Shown one piece after another: positions 29,777 through 38,245 of a stretch of DNA of 64,000 nucleotides. The notes beneath the pieces were generated by a model. It did not search any database and was not told where the DNA came from. It was given only the letters and a program-made list of their open reading frames with translations. The position numbers and the translations under genes are program-made. Origin of the DNA: Candidatus Poseidoniales archaeon (lineage in GTDB: Archaea > Thermoplasmatota > Poseidoniia > Poseidoniales > Poseidoniaceae); the NCBI GenBank assembly GCA_038144595.1, contig JAYQOB010000008.1, positions 151,871 through 215,870 on the forward strand, given 5' to 3'. Positions within the stretch are counted from its first letter, which is position 1, and each line of letters begins with the position of its first letter.

Positions 29777-30700
29777 TCATGATGCTTGCTCGTTGGTTCT
29801 CTGTTTGGATTGCGCCAAGGCGACACCGCCGACGATCAGCGCAAAGGCCACGACCAGCGACGTTCCGAGTTGTTCGTCGAGCAGAAGCCAACCGCCGAGG
29901 ATGCCGAAGGGCGGAACGAGGTAGACGTAGAAGGCTGCAGGCCCTGCGCCGATGATGCGGATGCCGTCAGCGAACCAGACGTAGGACACCACCGTGGAAA
30001 AGACGGCGAGGAACACGATGCCCACCCATGCCTCTGCGCTCGGGAAGGTCCATGCTGCACCCACCGCCTCAATCCCAGCCCAGGGCGTGAGAATGAGCAG
30101 ACCAATCACGGAGGACCAGACCGTCAGGTGAAGCGGGCTCAGCGGTGCCTGTGCGTCGTCCGGTGTATCGGTCATGGCGCGCTTCATGACGATGGTTGAC
30201 ATGGCCCAGGCAAAGGCAGAGCCGGCGATGAAAGCGTTTCCAATCCAACGGTCCACCGCAGGAATGTCCGTGTTGGGCGAAGCAAGAAACAGCACTGCAA
30301 TGCCGGCCACGGCAAGGGCCAAGCCCCCGAGAAGCCGCCAGGTCATGCGTTCATCAAGGAGCAGTACGGCCAGAAAGGCCGTGAAGAGCGGATTGAAGGT
30401 GATCATCAGCGAAGCGTCGCCAGCGGCCGTGTAACCCATCCCGAACATGAACAGCACCTGGTACATGAAGGTCGAAAACAGGCCGATGAGCGCGACCTGT
30501 TTCCACTGGGAGCGTGAGGGCATGACCCACTGAGACGACCACTTGAGGTAGGCCAGAAACAGAGCGACGACCATCACATAGCGAATCCATGCTGCCCCGA
30601 TGGGCGGTAATTCCGTAGCGACCACACGGCCCGCAGGCCAGCCAAAACCCCAGATACCAGCGACGATGACCAATTTGGCATGAACACTGGCGTTGTTCAT
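29777..30700 (-). CDS. EamA/DMT family transporter
   Basis: 10 TM helices with two EamA repeats. Confidence 0.65.
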   Translation of the reverse strand: MNNASVHAKLVIVAGIWGFGWPAGRVVATELPPIGAAWIRYVMVVALFLAYLKWSSQWVMPSRSQWKQVALIGLFSTFMYQVLFMFGMGYTAAGDASLMITFNPLFTAFLAVLLLDERMTWRLLGGLALAVAGIAVLFLASPNTDIPAVDRWIGNAFIAGSAFAWAMSTIVMKRAMTDTPDDAQAPLSPLHLTVWSSVIGLLILTPWAGIEAVGAAWTFPSAEAWVGIVFLAVFSTVVSYVWFADGIRIIGAGPAAFYVYLVPPFGILGGWLLLDEQLGTSLVVAFALIVGGVALAQSKQRTNEQAS

Positions 30701-31236
30701 TCAAATCGCTCCAGGCCCAACTGCAGCATCCGGGTTCGGGGGAGGCCGATTTCCGGAAGTCCTGCGGCTGGGGCGTGGAGCTTGAGGCCTTCAATCCTGT
30801 TCACGTACAGGCCATAGCTGGCGATGTCGTCGGGTTTGTACGGGGTGTCAAGGCCCATCTTTTGCAGTGTTTGGCACGCTTTTTCGGAGTAGATGGGGAA
30901 CAAGTTGGTGGAGAAGTGCATCCATTCAGAGATTCGCTGGGCGTCAACGCCGTCAAGCGTCATGAGGTGCTCGAGCAGTGAAACATCGGGGTAGTTGGTG
31001 GTTCGCAGCACCATCTCCACTTCGTTCACGATGTCCTCGGGCCAAGCGAACGGCACACGTTCAGCCCACTGGTCGGCGATGCTGATGTGCTCGATGGATT
31101 GCTCGGCTTGAACGGCGTACAGCGATTCAATGTACGACCGGTCTTCGTAGGCGTCGGTGACAAGACCGGGAAGGTTCTCAAAGAAGCGTTCACACATCTC
31201 GGCGTCGACACCGTAGAGGGCGACGGGAATCATCAA
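30697..31236 (-). CDS. hypothetical protein (179 aa)
   Basis: Coding-like. Overlaps EamA by 4 nt. No family recognised. Confidence 0.35.
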   Translation of the reverse strand: MMIPVALYGVDAEMCERFFENLPGLVTDAYEDRSYIESLYAVQAEQSIEHISIADQWAERVPFAWPEDIVNEVEMVLRTTNYPDVSLLEHLMTLDGVDAQRISEWMHFSTNLFPIYSEKACQTLQKMGLDTPYKPDDIASYGLYVNRIEGLKLHAPAAGLPEIGLPRTRMLQLGLERFE

Positions 31237-31251
31237 CGATCACTCCGGTGT

Positions 31252-32412
31252 TCAGGCACTTGCGCCAATGCCAGAGGCGATTTGGCGAGCGGTCATGGGC
31301 TTCTCAGCCACCCATTGTTGCTTGAAGAGTTCCTTGAGGTCCTCCTCGTCTTGGGCGGTGGGCAGGTGAGCGGCCATGTAGGCGTCCCACTCGTCGTCGG
31401 AGCCTTCGAACAGGGTGCCTTCAACGGTGTAGCGCTGGCGCTTGAAGTGGCCGATCTCACGGTGGAAGTTCTCGTGAGGGACGTACAGGTCAGCAGCACC
31501 CTCGGGGAGGTAGCCGCAGAGTTTCTTGACCTCAGCCACGATCTCCTCGTGGTAGTGCTGGCGGGCCTCTTCGTTGAGTGTTTCCTTGGACACTTCGATG
31601 TCGCCCTCGAGCTTCTTGCGCTCGTCCCAGCGTCCTTTGATGCCCCAAACGTAGGCCCAGTGAGCGGAGGAGGATTCGTCAACACCGAACAGGTCGTGAG
31701 CGGTGGACACCCACTTGTTGATGTAGCGCTGGAGCATGTCAAGGGGAATCACGCCGGCCTTGATAATGCGGCGCAGGCCGTTGGAACCGGTGCCCAGGTG
31801 GAAGGATTCTTCCTTGAGCATGGGGCCCATGCTGGCAGCCAGTGGCTTGAACGCCGAGGTGGAGAGCATGCCGAGTTGGAACTTGCCGTCACGGTCCACG
31901 AACATCGTGTAGCAGAAGAAGTCCAGCCAGTGGGGCATGGGGCGGTTGAAAGCGCCAAGGAGGCGGTCGCCGTCCTGGGCGTTGCGCTCGAGGAGCTTTT
32001 GCGCCTCACGTCGTCCTTGCTGACCGAAGTAGGTCATGAGGAGGTAAGCCATCTGCCAGCCGTGTCGCTGCTCTTCCGCCATGATGCGGGCGGCTGCGTA
32101 GCGGTCGTAGTCGGTTGGTGCGGTGGCGAGGAGGTGGCGCTGCTGCTCCACGGAGGCGAATTCGGTATCGCCCTGAACGGTGATCATGCTCACGAGGGCA
32201 TCTCGCATGCTTTGATGGGGAACCTGAAGGGATCGTTCCCACTTGGCTCGACCGGCGTAGTCGCCGAATTCAATGACGTCGCCAGCACGCTCCCAGTCGA
32301 ACTGGATGGAGAGGTCAAAGTCGCCCATCCATTCACGGTCGTAGCCGACGTTGTCTTGCCAGGTTTTGAAATTCTCAATCCAGTCGTCCCAAGTCTTCGG
32401 TAGGTTGTCCAT
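31252..32412 (-). CDS. ferritin-like di-iron carboxylate oxygenase (BoxB/PaaA-like family candidate)
   Basis: EEQRHGWQ and a second E..H motif typical of di-iron oxygenases. 386 aa. Confidence 0.4.
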   Translation of the reverse strand: MDNLPKTWDDWIENFKTWQDNVGYDREWMGDFDLSIQFDWERAGDVIEFGDYAGRAKWERSLQVPHQSMRDALVSMITVQGDTEFASVEQQRHLLATAPTDYDRYAAARIMAEEQRHGWQMAYLLMTYFGQQGRREAQKLLERNAQDGDRLLGAFNRPMPHWLDFFCYTMFVDRDGKFQLGMLSTSAFKPLAASMGPMLKEESFHLGTGSNGLRRIIKAGVIPLDMLQRYINKWVSTAHDLFGVDESSSAHWAYVWGIKGRWDERKKLEGDIEVSKETLNEEARQHYHEEIVAEVKKLCGYLPEGAADLYVPHENFHREIGHFKRQRYTVEGTLFEGSDDEWDAYMAAHLPTAQDEEDLKELFKQQWVAEKPMTARQIASGIGASA

Positions 32413-32470
32413 GGTTGAAGGTGGACGGGGACCTCCTTATACCCTTTACGAACATGTTCGTGCGAACATG

Positions 32471-33115
32471 TTAGCCACTTTGGCGACGGATCTCTTCGGT
32501 AAAGGCATGAAAGACGGCCGACTCAATGCGTTGGAGTTGGTTCGATAGCGTTGATTTGGCGACGTTGAGCAGGCCGGCCAGCTCGGTCAAATTGATGCGA
32601 CGAGGTACATCCCAGTAGCCTTCGCGAGAGGCGACTTCGAAGACCTCTCGCTGACGCGGTGTCAGCAATCGAGCGCCCGTGCTTCGTGTCGAGAGAAGTC
32701 GGTGGGGGATCTCATCGCTTCTGAAACGGTTGATCAGGGCTCGCATGGTTTCGCGCGTGCCCTCAACCGTCCATTCAACCCAACCGTCTCGAACTTCGAA
32801 GGGTGTTCGCGGCACGACACCAAGGTCGACGAGCGGTCGCAGGAATCCGCCTCCACCCGCCGAGATGTTGACCGAGAAACGACCGTCTTCCGGCTCGCTG
32901 CATTCGTCGATACCGCCGTGGGCCTGCACGGTGGCGTGGATGGACTCGTTGCTCCAACAGCGAGCGGTACCGCGCCCTTTGCTCAGCGGCATGTGTTGTT
33001 CGATGCGAAGCGTTGCGGAAGGATGCTCGCGTGTCACGTCGCCAGCCCAGTGGCCTTGAGGGAGACGGACGTCGATTCGCAGCTGTTGAGCCATGGTTGC
33101 GCCTCGGTTGCTCAC
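32471..33115 (-). CDS. HTH_10 (bacterio-opsin-activator-type) transcriptional regulator
   Basis: C-terminal LTPRQREVFEVASREGYWDVPRRINLTELAGLLNVAKSTLSNQLQRIE. Confidence 0.55.
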   Translation of the reverse strand: MSNRGATMAQQLRIDVRLPQGHWAGDVTREHPSATLRIEQHMPLSKGRGTARCWSNESIHATVQAHGGIDECSEPEDGRFSVNISAGGGGFLRPLVDLGVVPRTPFEVRDGWVEWTVEGTRETMRALINRFRSDEIPHRLLSTRSTGARLLTPRQREVFEVASREGYWDVPRRINLTELAGLLNVAKSTLSNQLQRIESAVFHAFTEEIRRQSG

Positions 33116-34095
33116 AGGGGTCGTCGCTGCTCGGACCTCACCACGGTGTTCTTGGCGACGTCGATGAGTTCGTTGTAGGTGGTGGTGTGGGTGGCCTCCA
33201 CCTTGACGCCCGGCAGGTAGCCGTCACAAACACCAGCGGCAGCAAAAATGGCGTCTTCACTCTGGCAAAGGTCGTGAGCCTTCCAAAGGCGGGTCAAGTC
33301 GTCGCCCACCATGGTCCCTGCACGCGCTTCTTCCTCGGGCGAGCGGAACATGAGTCGTCCCTCAAACATCCCTCCAACACCTCGAATGGCCGTGGCTGAA
33401 ATGACGCCTTCAGGCGCAGCACCGATGCCCATGAGCATGTCGTACGGGCCGTCGTCCTTCGCAGCCCAGATGGCGCCGGACACGTCGCCGTCGCTCAGCA
33501 AGTGAAGTTGGGCGCCAGCGTCTCGAATCTCCTTGAACAACCCCGCATGACGCTCACGGTCGAGGGCCACGATGCGAACATCACCTGCTTCGCAGTCAAG
33601 GACGTGCATGGCCTGTTCGATGTTGTAGGCCACACCACCGTCAAGGGCGACATGGTCGGCAAGGGCGGGTCCGGCAGCGAGTTTGTCCATGTAGCAATCG
33701 GGAGCGTGAAGCAACGTTCCTCGGGGGGCCGCTGCCAGCACGGCGATGGAATTTGGAAGGTTGTCGGCACAGTTGTTGGTGCACTCAAGCGGGTCAACGG
33801 CGATGTCGATTTGCGGGGCGCCCGCCTGACCCACCATGGAGCCGAGTTCTTCACCGATGTACAGCATCGGGGCATCGTCTCGCTCACCTTCGCCGATCGC
33901 CACTCGTCCGTCGAACGGCACGGCGTCGAAGGTGCGTCGCATGGCTTCGACGGCAGCGTCGTCAGCAGCGTTTTTGTCGCCTTTTCCTCGCCAAGCCGCG
34001 GAGGCGATGGCCGCCTGGTCGACGGCCTCTACAAAGTGGTGTGCAAGCTCGCCGATGATGCCCATGAGTGACCGGAATCGCGGGAACGCCATCAA
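33112..34095 (-). CDS. glpX: class II fructose-1,6-bisphosphatase (GlpX)
   Basis: GKGDKNAADDAAVEAMR, IGEGERDDAPMLYIGEELG and other GlpX signatures. Confidence 0.8.
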   Translation of the reverse strand: MMAFPRFRSLMGIIGELAHHFVEAVDQAAIASAAWRGKGDKNAADDAAVEAMRRTFDAVPFDGRVAIGEGERDDAPMLYIGEELGSMVGQAGAPQIDIAVDPLECTNNCADNLPNSIAVLAAAPRGTLLHAPDCYMDKLAAGPALADHVALDGGVAYNIEQAMHVLDCEAGDVRIVALDRERHAGLFKEIRDAGAQLHLLSDGDVSGAIWAAKDDGPYDMLMGIGAAPEGVISATAIRGVGGMFEGRLMFRSPEEEARAGTMVGDDLTRLWKAHDLCQSEDAIFAAAGVCDGYLPGVKVEATHTTTYNELIDVAKNTVVRSEQRRPL

Positions 34096-34104
34096 GTCAA
34101 CGGT

Positions 34105-34608
34105 TCAGTTTCCCTTGAATTTCTCGACGACTTGAAGGTCGGTGATGCGAGCAACAGGGTACTGGCCTTCGTCGTCCTTTTCGAGGGATTTCACCATGTC
34201 AAAGGCGCACAAGAGGCCGGCGGCGACGCCGGTGAGCGCCTCCATTTCGATGCCTGTTTTGTAGTGAGCGCTGACCGTCACGGAGCACCACAAACCGGTG
34301 CCCTCCCACGACCAATCCACGGTGGTCCCCTCGAGGGGAATGGGGTGGCAATGAGGGATGATACGAGGGGTGTCCTTCACGGCTTGAAGAGCGGCGATGG
34401 TCGACGCCTCGAAAACGTCCCCTTTCTTGATGTTCCTTGAAACGATGGCGTCCTTCGTGGCTTGGCTGAACAGCACCTTTCCACGGGCGGTTGCTCGTCG
34501 CTCAACCACAGGCTTCTGTCCGATGTTGATGATGCCCTCAATTGATTTCTCGCTCAACCCAACCCCTCCTTCCAGGTCTCCCCTTCGCTGGTGACTTCTT
34601 TCTTCCAT
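34105..34608 (-). CDS. moaC: cyclic pyranopterin monophosphate synthase MoaC
   Basis: IPHCHPIPL and KTGIEMEALTGVAAGLLCAFDM motifs. The start may be internal; it overlaps the moaE 3' end by 55 nt. Confidence 0.75.
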   Translation of the reverse strand: MEERSHQRRGDLEGGVGLSEKSIEGIINIGQKPVVERRATARGKVLFSQATKDAIVSRNIKKGDVFEASTIAALQAVKDTPRIIPHCHPIPLEGTTVDWSWEGTGLWCSVTVSAHYKTGIEMEALTGVAAGLLCAFDMVKSLEKDDEGQYPVARITDLQVVEKFKGN

Positions 34609-34979
34609 ATGGGTGCTTGCTTCTTCAATTCATCAATCAGCCATTCGCATGCATGAAACGCCTCTTTGCGATGCGGGCTGCCCACATGAATGGCGACGAT
34701 GGGTTCCTGCGGCCCCACCGAACCTGTGCGGTGGGCCATGGCCACTGAACCCACGCCGAATTCCTGGATGGCTTCTTCCGCAAGGCGATGGAGGACGGGC
34801 GTCAATCGGTCTTGCCAAGCATCAAATTCCAACCTCAACACCTCGGCCTCACCCTCTGTTTCTCGCGTCAAGCCGACAAAGGAGACCACGGCGCCGCACC
34901 CTTCCGTGTCCATCTTGGCACGGAGGGCGTCGGGCAGAAGGACATCGGGCGCTTCTTCGACAAGGATGCGCGCTGCCAT
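34554..34979 (-). CDS. moaE: molybdopterin synthase catalytic subunit MoaE
   Basis: SFVGLTRE, AMAHRTGSVGPQEPIVAIHVGSPHRKEAF and PIWKKE. Confidence 0.75.
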   Translation of the reverse strand: MAARILVEEAPDVLLPDALRAKMDTEGCGAVVSFVGLTRETEGEAEVLRLEFDAWQDRLTPVLHRLAEEAIQEFGVGSVAMAHRTGSVGPQEPIVAIHVGSPHRKEAFHACEWLIDELKKQAPIWKKEVTSEGETWKEGLG

Positions 34980-35031
34980 GGTCCGAACGAGAGGCGGGCA
35001 TCATACAAACCTCACGCCTCCATGGCAAGCC

Positions 35032-36306
35032 ATGGCCGACGGTTCCCCCGCCGACTCCATCACCATCATGGGTGCGGGGCTTTCCGGGTTGGCGGCCGCC
35101 ACGCTTCTTGCTCGAGCAGGTCGCGAGGTGCACGTCCATGACATCCGCAACGATTCCGGCGCTCGGTTCGACGGTGATTTCCAAGCCTTGGAAAATTGGA
35201 GCATGGACGCTGACTTTTTTGACCAACTCGAAGGTTGGGGCTTTGATTCAACAGCGTTCAAATCCACATCGTTTTCAGTGGTGGACTTGATTCACCCCGA
35301 CGATGTTGTCACCCAAGCCAAGACCGATGGTGTCGCCTACCGCATCGTTGAGCGCGGCACCTCGGACCACACCATCGACCAGGCGTTCAAGCGGATGGCC
35401 ATCGAGGCCGGTGCGACGTTGCATTACAAGTCAAGGATTGACGAAAAGGACGCCGACATCGTGGCGTGTGGGCCAAAGGACACCTCGGCCATCGCACTGG
35501 GCGAAATCTTTCACACTTCGCACCCCAACCACATCGCCTTTCAACTGAACGACAAACTCGCTCCCGGGGCGTACTCCTACCTCATCGTCATCGACGGCGT
35601 GGGTCTCATCTGCACCTGCCTGTGGCGCAAACAAAAGAAAAGCGAACGGTTCCTCAACGAGACCATCGCCTGCTACCAGCGCCTCTACCCCGACATGGAC
35701 ATGCAGCCCGTAAAGCGGGTGGGCGGCAAAGGCGATTTCACGCTCAACGGCTTCTACACCGTCCCGGGGACCGGCCAGCACTTTGTCGGTGAATCCGGTG
35801 GTCTCCAGGACTTCATGTGGGGCTTTGGCATGCGAATGGCGGTGTGGTCCGGCGTCTTGGCGGCTGAGGAAATGCTCGGTGGCAAGCCCTACGAAAAGGA
35901 AGTCCGCCGTCAACTGCTTCCCTACGTCCAGACGAGTGTGGCCAATCGCTGGCTGATGAACAGGGTGGGCGACCGGACGTTCAAGCGCATGTGCGTGCAG
36001 TGGATGCGAGATCAGAAGCGAGGCGGGGACGGGCTGCGATGGATTGGGAAGTTGTTTCGTCCCAGTTTGTTCAAGCGCTTGGTGTTCCGCGTGACCTCAC
36101 CGTTCATGCTCAAGCGAATGGAGGGCCCGACGCGCCCGCTTCGGCTGCCGTTCCGGAAAGCCAAACCCCGCGACGCGTGGGAACAGAGCGAAGCGGCGCT
36201 GGAGGTCAAAGCGCGATGGGAGGCGGTTCGGCGAGGTGGCGGGCACGTCTCCTTCACGAGCAACGCCGAGGGTGAGGCGCAAGAAATCTCAGCGATTTCT
36301 TCATAA
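35032..36306 (+). CDS. FAD-dependent oxidoreductase (geranylgeranyl-reductase-like flavoprotein family)
   Basis: ITIMGAGLSGLAAATLLARAG dinucleotide-binding motif. The N-terminal part of ORF 34690 is antisense to moaE and is trimmed. Confidence 0.6.
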   Translation: MADGSPADSITIMGAGLSGLAAATLLARAGREVHVHDIRNDSGARFDGDFQALENWSMDADFFDQLEGWGFDSTAFKSTSFSVVDLIHPDDVVTQAKTDGVAYRIVERGTSDHTIDQAFKRMAIEAGATLHYKSRIDEKDADIVACGPKDTSAIALGEIFHTSHPNHIAFQLNDKLAPGAYSYLIVIDGVGLICTCLWRKQKKSERFLNETIACYQRLYPDMDMQPVKRVGGKGDFTLNGFYTVPGTGQHFVGESGGLQDFMWGFGMRMAVWSGVLAAEEMLGGKPYEKEVRRQLLPYVQTSVANRWLMNRVGDRTFKRMCVQWMRDQKRGGDGLRWIGKLFRPSLFKRLVFRVTSPFMLKRMEGPTRPLRLPFRKAKPRDAWEQSEAALEVKARWEAVRRGGGHVSFTSNAEGEAQEISAISS

Positions 36307-36329
36307 TACCAACCCCTGTGGCTCAAGGC

Positions 36330-37195
36330 ATGAGCGACCTCTACGGATTGAAACTTGAGCCCATGCCAAACCGACTTGTCAACTACGGTGTGACCGACAA
36401 CGGCATCGCCGTCATTGAACTCACGTCCGATTCGGCCGGTGCTCCCTTGAGGGTCCCAACGACCGCTCGCCCAACACCTACACTCACGGCATGATGCGAG
36501 ACATCGACGAAGCCATCGTCCGTGCTCGTTTCGACGACAGCGTCACCTGCATCGTCCTCACCGGCAACGGTGCCTCGTTCTTCTCAGCGGGTGCTTCCAT
36601 CCAGATGCTGAACAGCGTCAGCCCCGGCTTCAAGTACAACTTCTGCCTTCACGCCAACGAAACCCTCTCTCGCCTCGAGCAGACGGCCAAGCTTGTCGTG
36701 TGCGCCATCAACGGCCACGCCGTCGGCGGTGGACTTGAAATCGCCATGGCGGCCGACATCCGCATCGCTCGCAAGAACTCCGGGAAGGTTGGCCTGCCTG
36801 AGATCAACCTCGGTGTGCTCGCCGGAACCGGCGGTACCGCTCGCCTCACCCGCCTCATCGGCAAGGCCAAGGCCCTCGAGATGATGGTCACCGGCGAACT
36901 GATGTCCTTTGAGGACGCTCACGCTTGCAACCTCATCAACCACATCTGGGAAGGCGACCCCGATGACTTCCGCCGAGACATCCTTGACTGGTGCAGCCAG
37001 TTCACCCTGCCCAACAAGGCCGTCAAGGCCGTTGGCAACATCAAGCGCTCCTGTCAAACCGGTCCTGAAATTCCCTTCGAGTACCACTTGGCACTCGAGC
37101 GTGAGCTCCAAGCCGCCCTCTTCAATAGCAGCGACGCCAAGGAAGGCATCGCCGCTTACGTTGAGAAGCGTGTGGCCAACTTCACCGGTCAGTGA
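36330..37195 (+). CDS. enoyl-CoA hydratase (crotonase family), frame-shifted near 36450-36460
   Basis: MSDLYGLKLEPMPNRLVNYGVTDNGIAVIELTSDS... is in frame A. ...NDRSPNTYTHGMMRDIDEAIVRARFDDSVTCIVLTGNG...CAINGHAVGGGLEIAMAADIRIA is in frame B. Confidence 0.7.
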
Positions 37196-38142
37196 ACTTC
37201 GGCGTGGTACCCATGGACAACATCCACGTTCCAGCCGACGTTCCCGACGAGTTGATCGAGACCTACCTCGACAACATGGCCGCCGCCACCGCGGGCACGG
37301 GCAGCATGAACCTCTTCGCTTGCGACCAGAAAATCGAACACCTGAACGACGATTTCTACGACGGCGGCAAGACCATTCCGCTCTCGTCGAACGACCCCGG
37401 GCATTTGTTTGAGATCGGTGCACGCGCCCACGCCGACGGCACCATCGGTGTCCTCGCCGGTCAGTGCGGTCTCATCGCCCAGTACGCTCGAGACCACCCC
37501 GACGTGCCCTACCTCGTGAAGTTGAACTCCAAGTCTCACCTGGTCAAGACCGCTCAGCGCGACCCCATCAGTCAGGCCCTTTGGGACATTGACGACGTGA
37601 TGTCGCTGGTCCACAACGGCATCAACGTGGTCGGTATCGGCTACACCGTGTACATCGGCAGCGAATACGAGCATGAGATGCTGACCGAAGCCGCTCACTT
37701 CATTCGCCAGGCCCACGAACTCGGGATGATTTCGGTCGTCTGGATGTACCCCCGCGGTCAGGCTGTTGCCGACGAGAAAGACCCGCAACTGATCTCGGGC
37801 GCCGCAGGCGTTGCCAGTTGCATCGGTGCGGACTTTGCCAAGGTCAACTACCCCAAGGCCTTCGAGGGCATGACGCAACCTGAATCTCTGAGGATCGCTG
37901 TTGAGGCCGCAGGTCGCACGGGCATTATCTGCTCGGGCGGTGGTTCGCTCCCTCCACGTGACTTCCTTCAGCGCCTGTACGATCAAATGGCCGTTTCCGG
38001 CTGTCGAGGCGCTGCGACCGGTCGCAACATCCACCAGAAGACAACCGAGGAAGCCGTTCGCATGACGGCTGCCTGCCACGCGATCATTTGCGAAGGTGCC
38101 TCGGTTGACGAGGCCATGGCCATCTTCTTTGAAGGCAATTGA
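37192..38142 (+). CDS. fba: class I fructose-bisphosphate aldolase (archaeal DhnA/Fba type)
   Basis: VWMYPRG, GADFAKVNY (Schiff-base Lys region), ICSGGGS and GRNIHQ motifs. Confidence 0.75.
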   Translation: MNFGVVPMDNIHVPADVPDELIETYLDNMAAATAGTGSMNLFACDQKIEHLNDDFYDGGKTIPLSSNDPGHLFEIGARAHADGTIGVLAGQCGLIAQYARDHPDVPYLVKLNSKSHLVKTAQRDPISQALWDIDDVMSLVHNGINVVGIGYTVYIGSEYEHEMLTEAAHFIRQAHELGMISVVWMYPRGQAVADEKDPQLISGAAGVASCIGADFAKVNYPKAFEGMTQPESLRIAVEAAGRTGIICSGGGSLPPRDFLQRLYDQMAVSGCRGAATGRNIHQKTTEEAVRMTAACHAIICEGASVDEAMAIFFEGN

Positions 38143-38189
38143 AATTCATCCGGTCCTAGATTCTCATGAATCACAGGGTAGCGAGTGAT

Positions 38190-38245
38190 TCGAAAGCCCT
38201 GCGAGCCCTCTGATTGGGTCAAAACGAATCAGTGGGCTTGTCGGA
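38190..38245. repeat. left terminal inverted repeat of the AT-rich island, with an internal hairpin (agccctctgatt-loop-aatcagtgggct)
   Basis: ~50/55 nt match to the reverse complement of 40043-40100. Confidence 0.7.
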
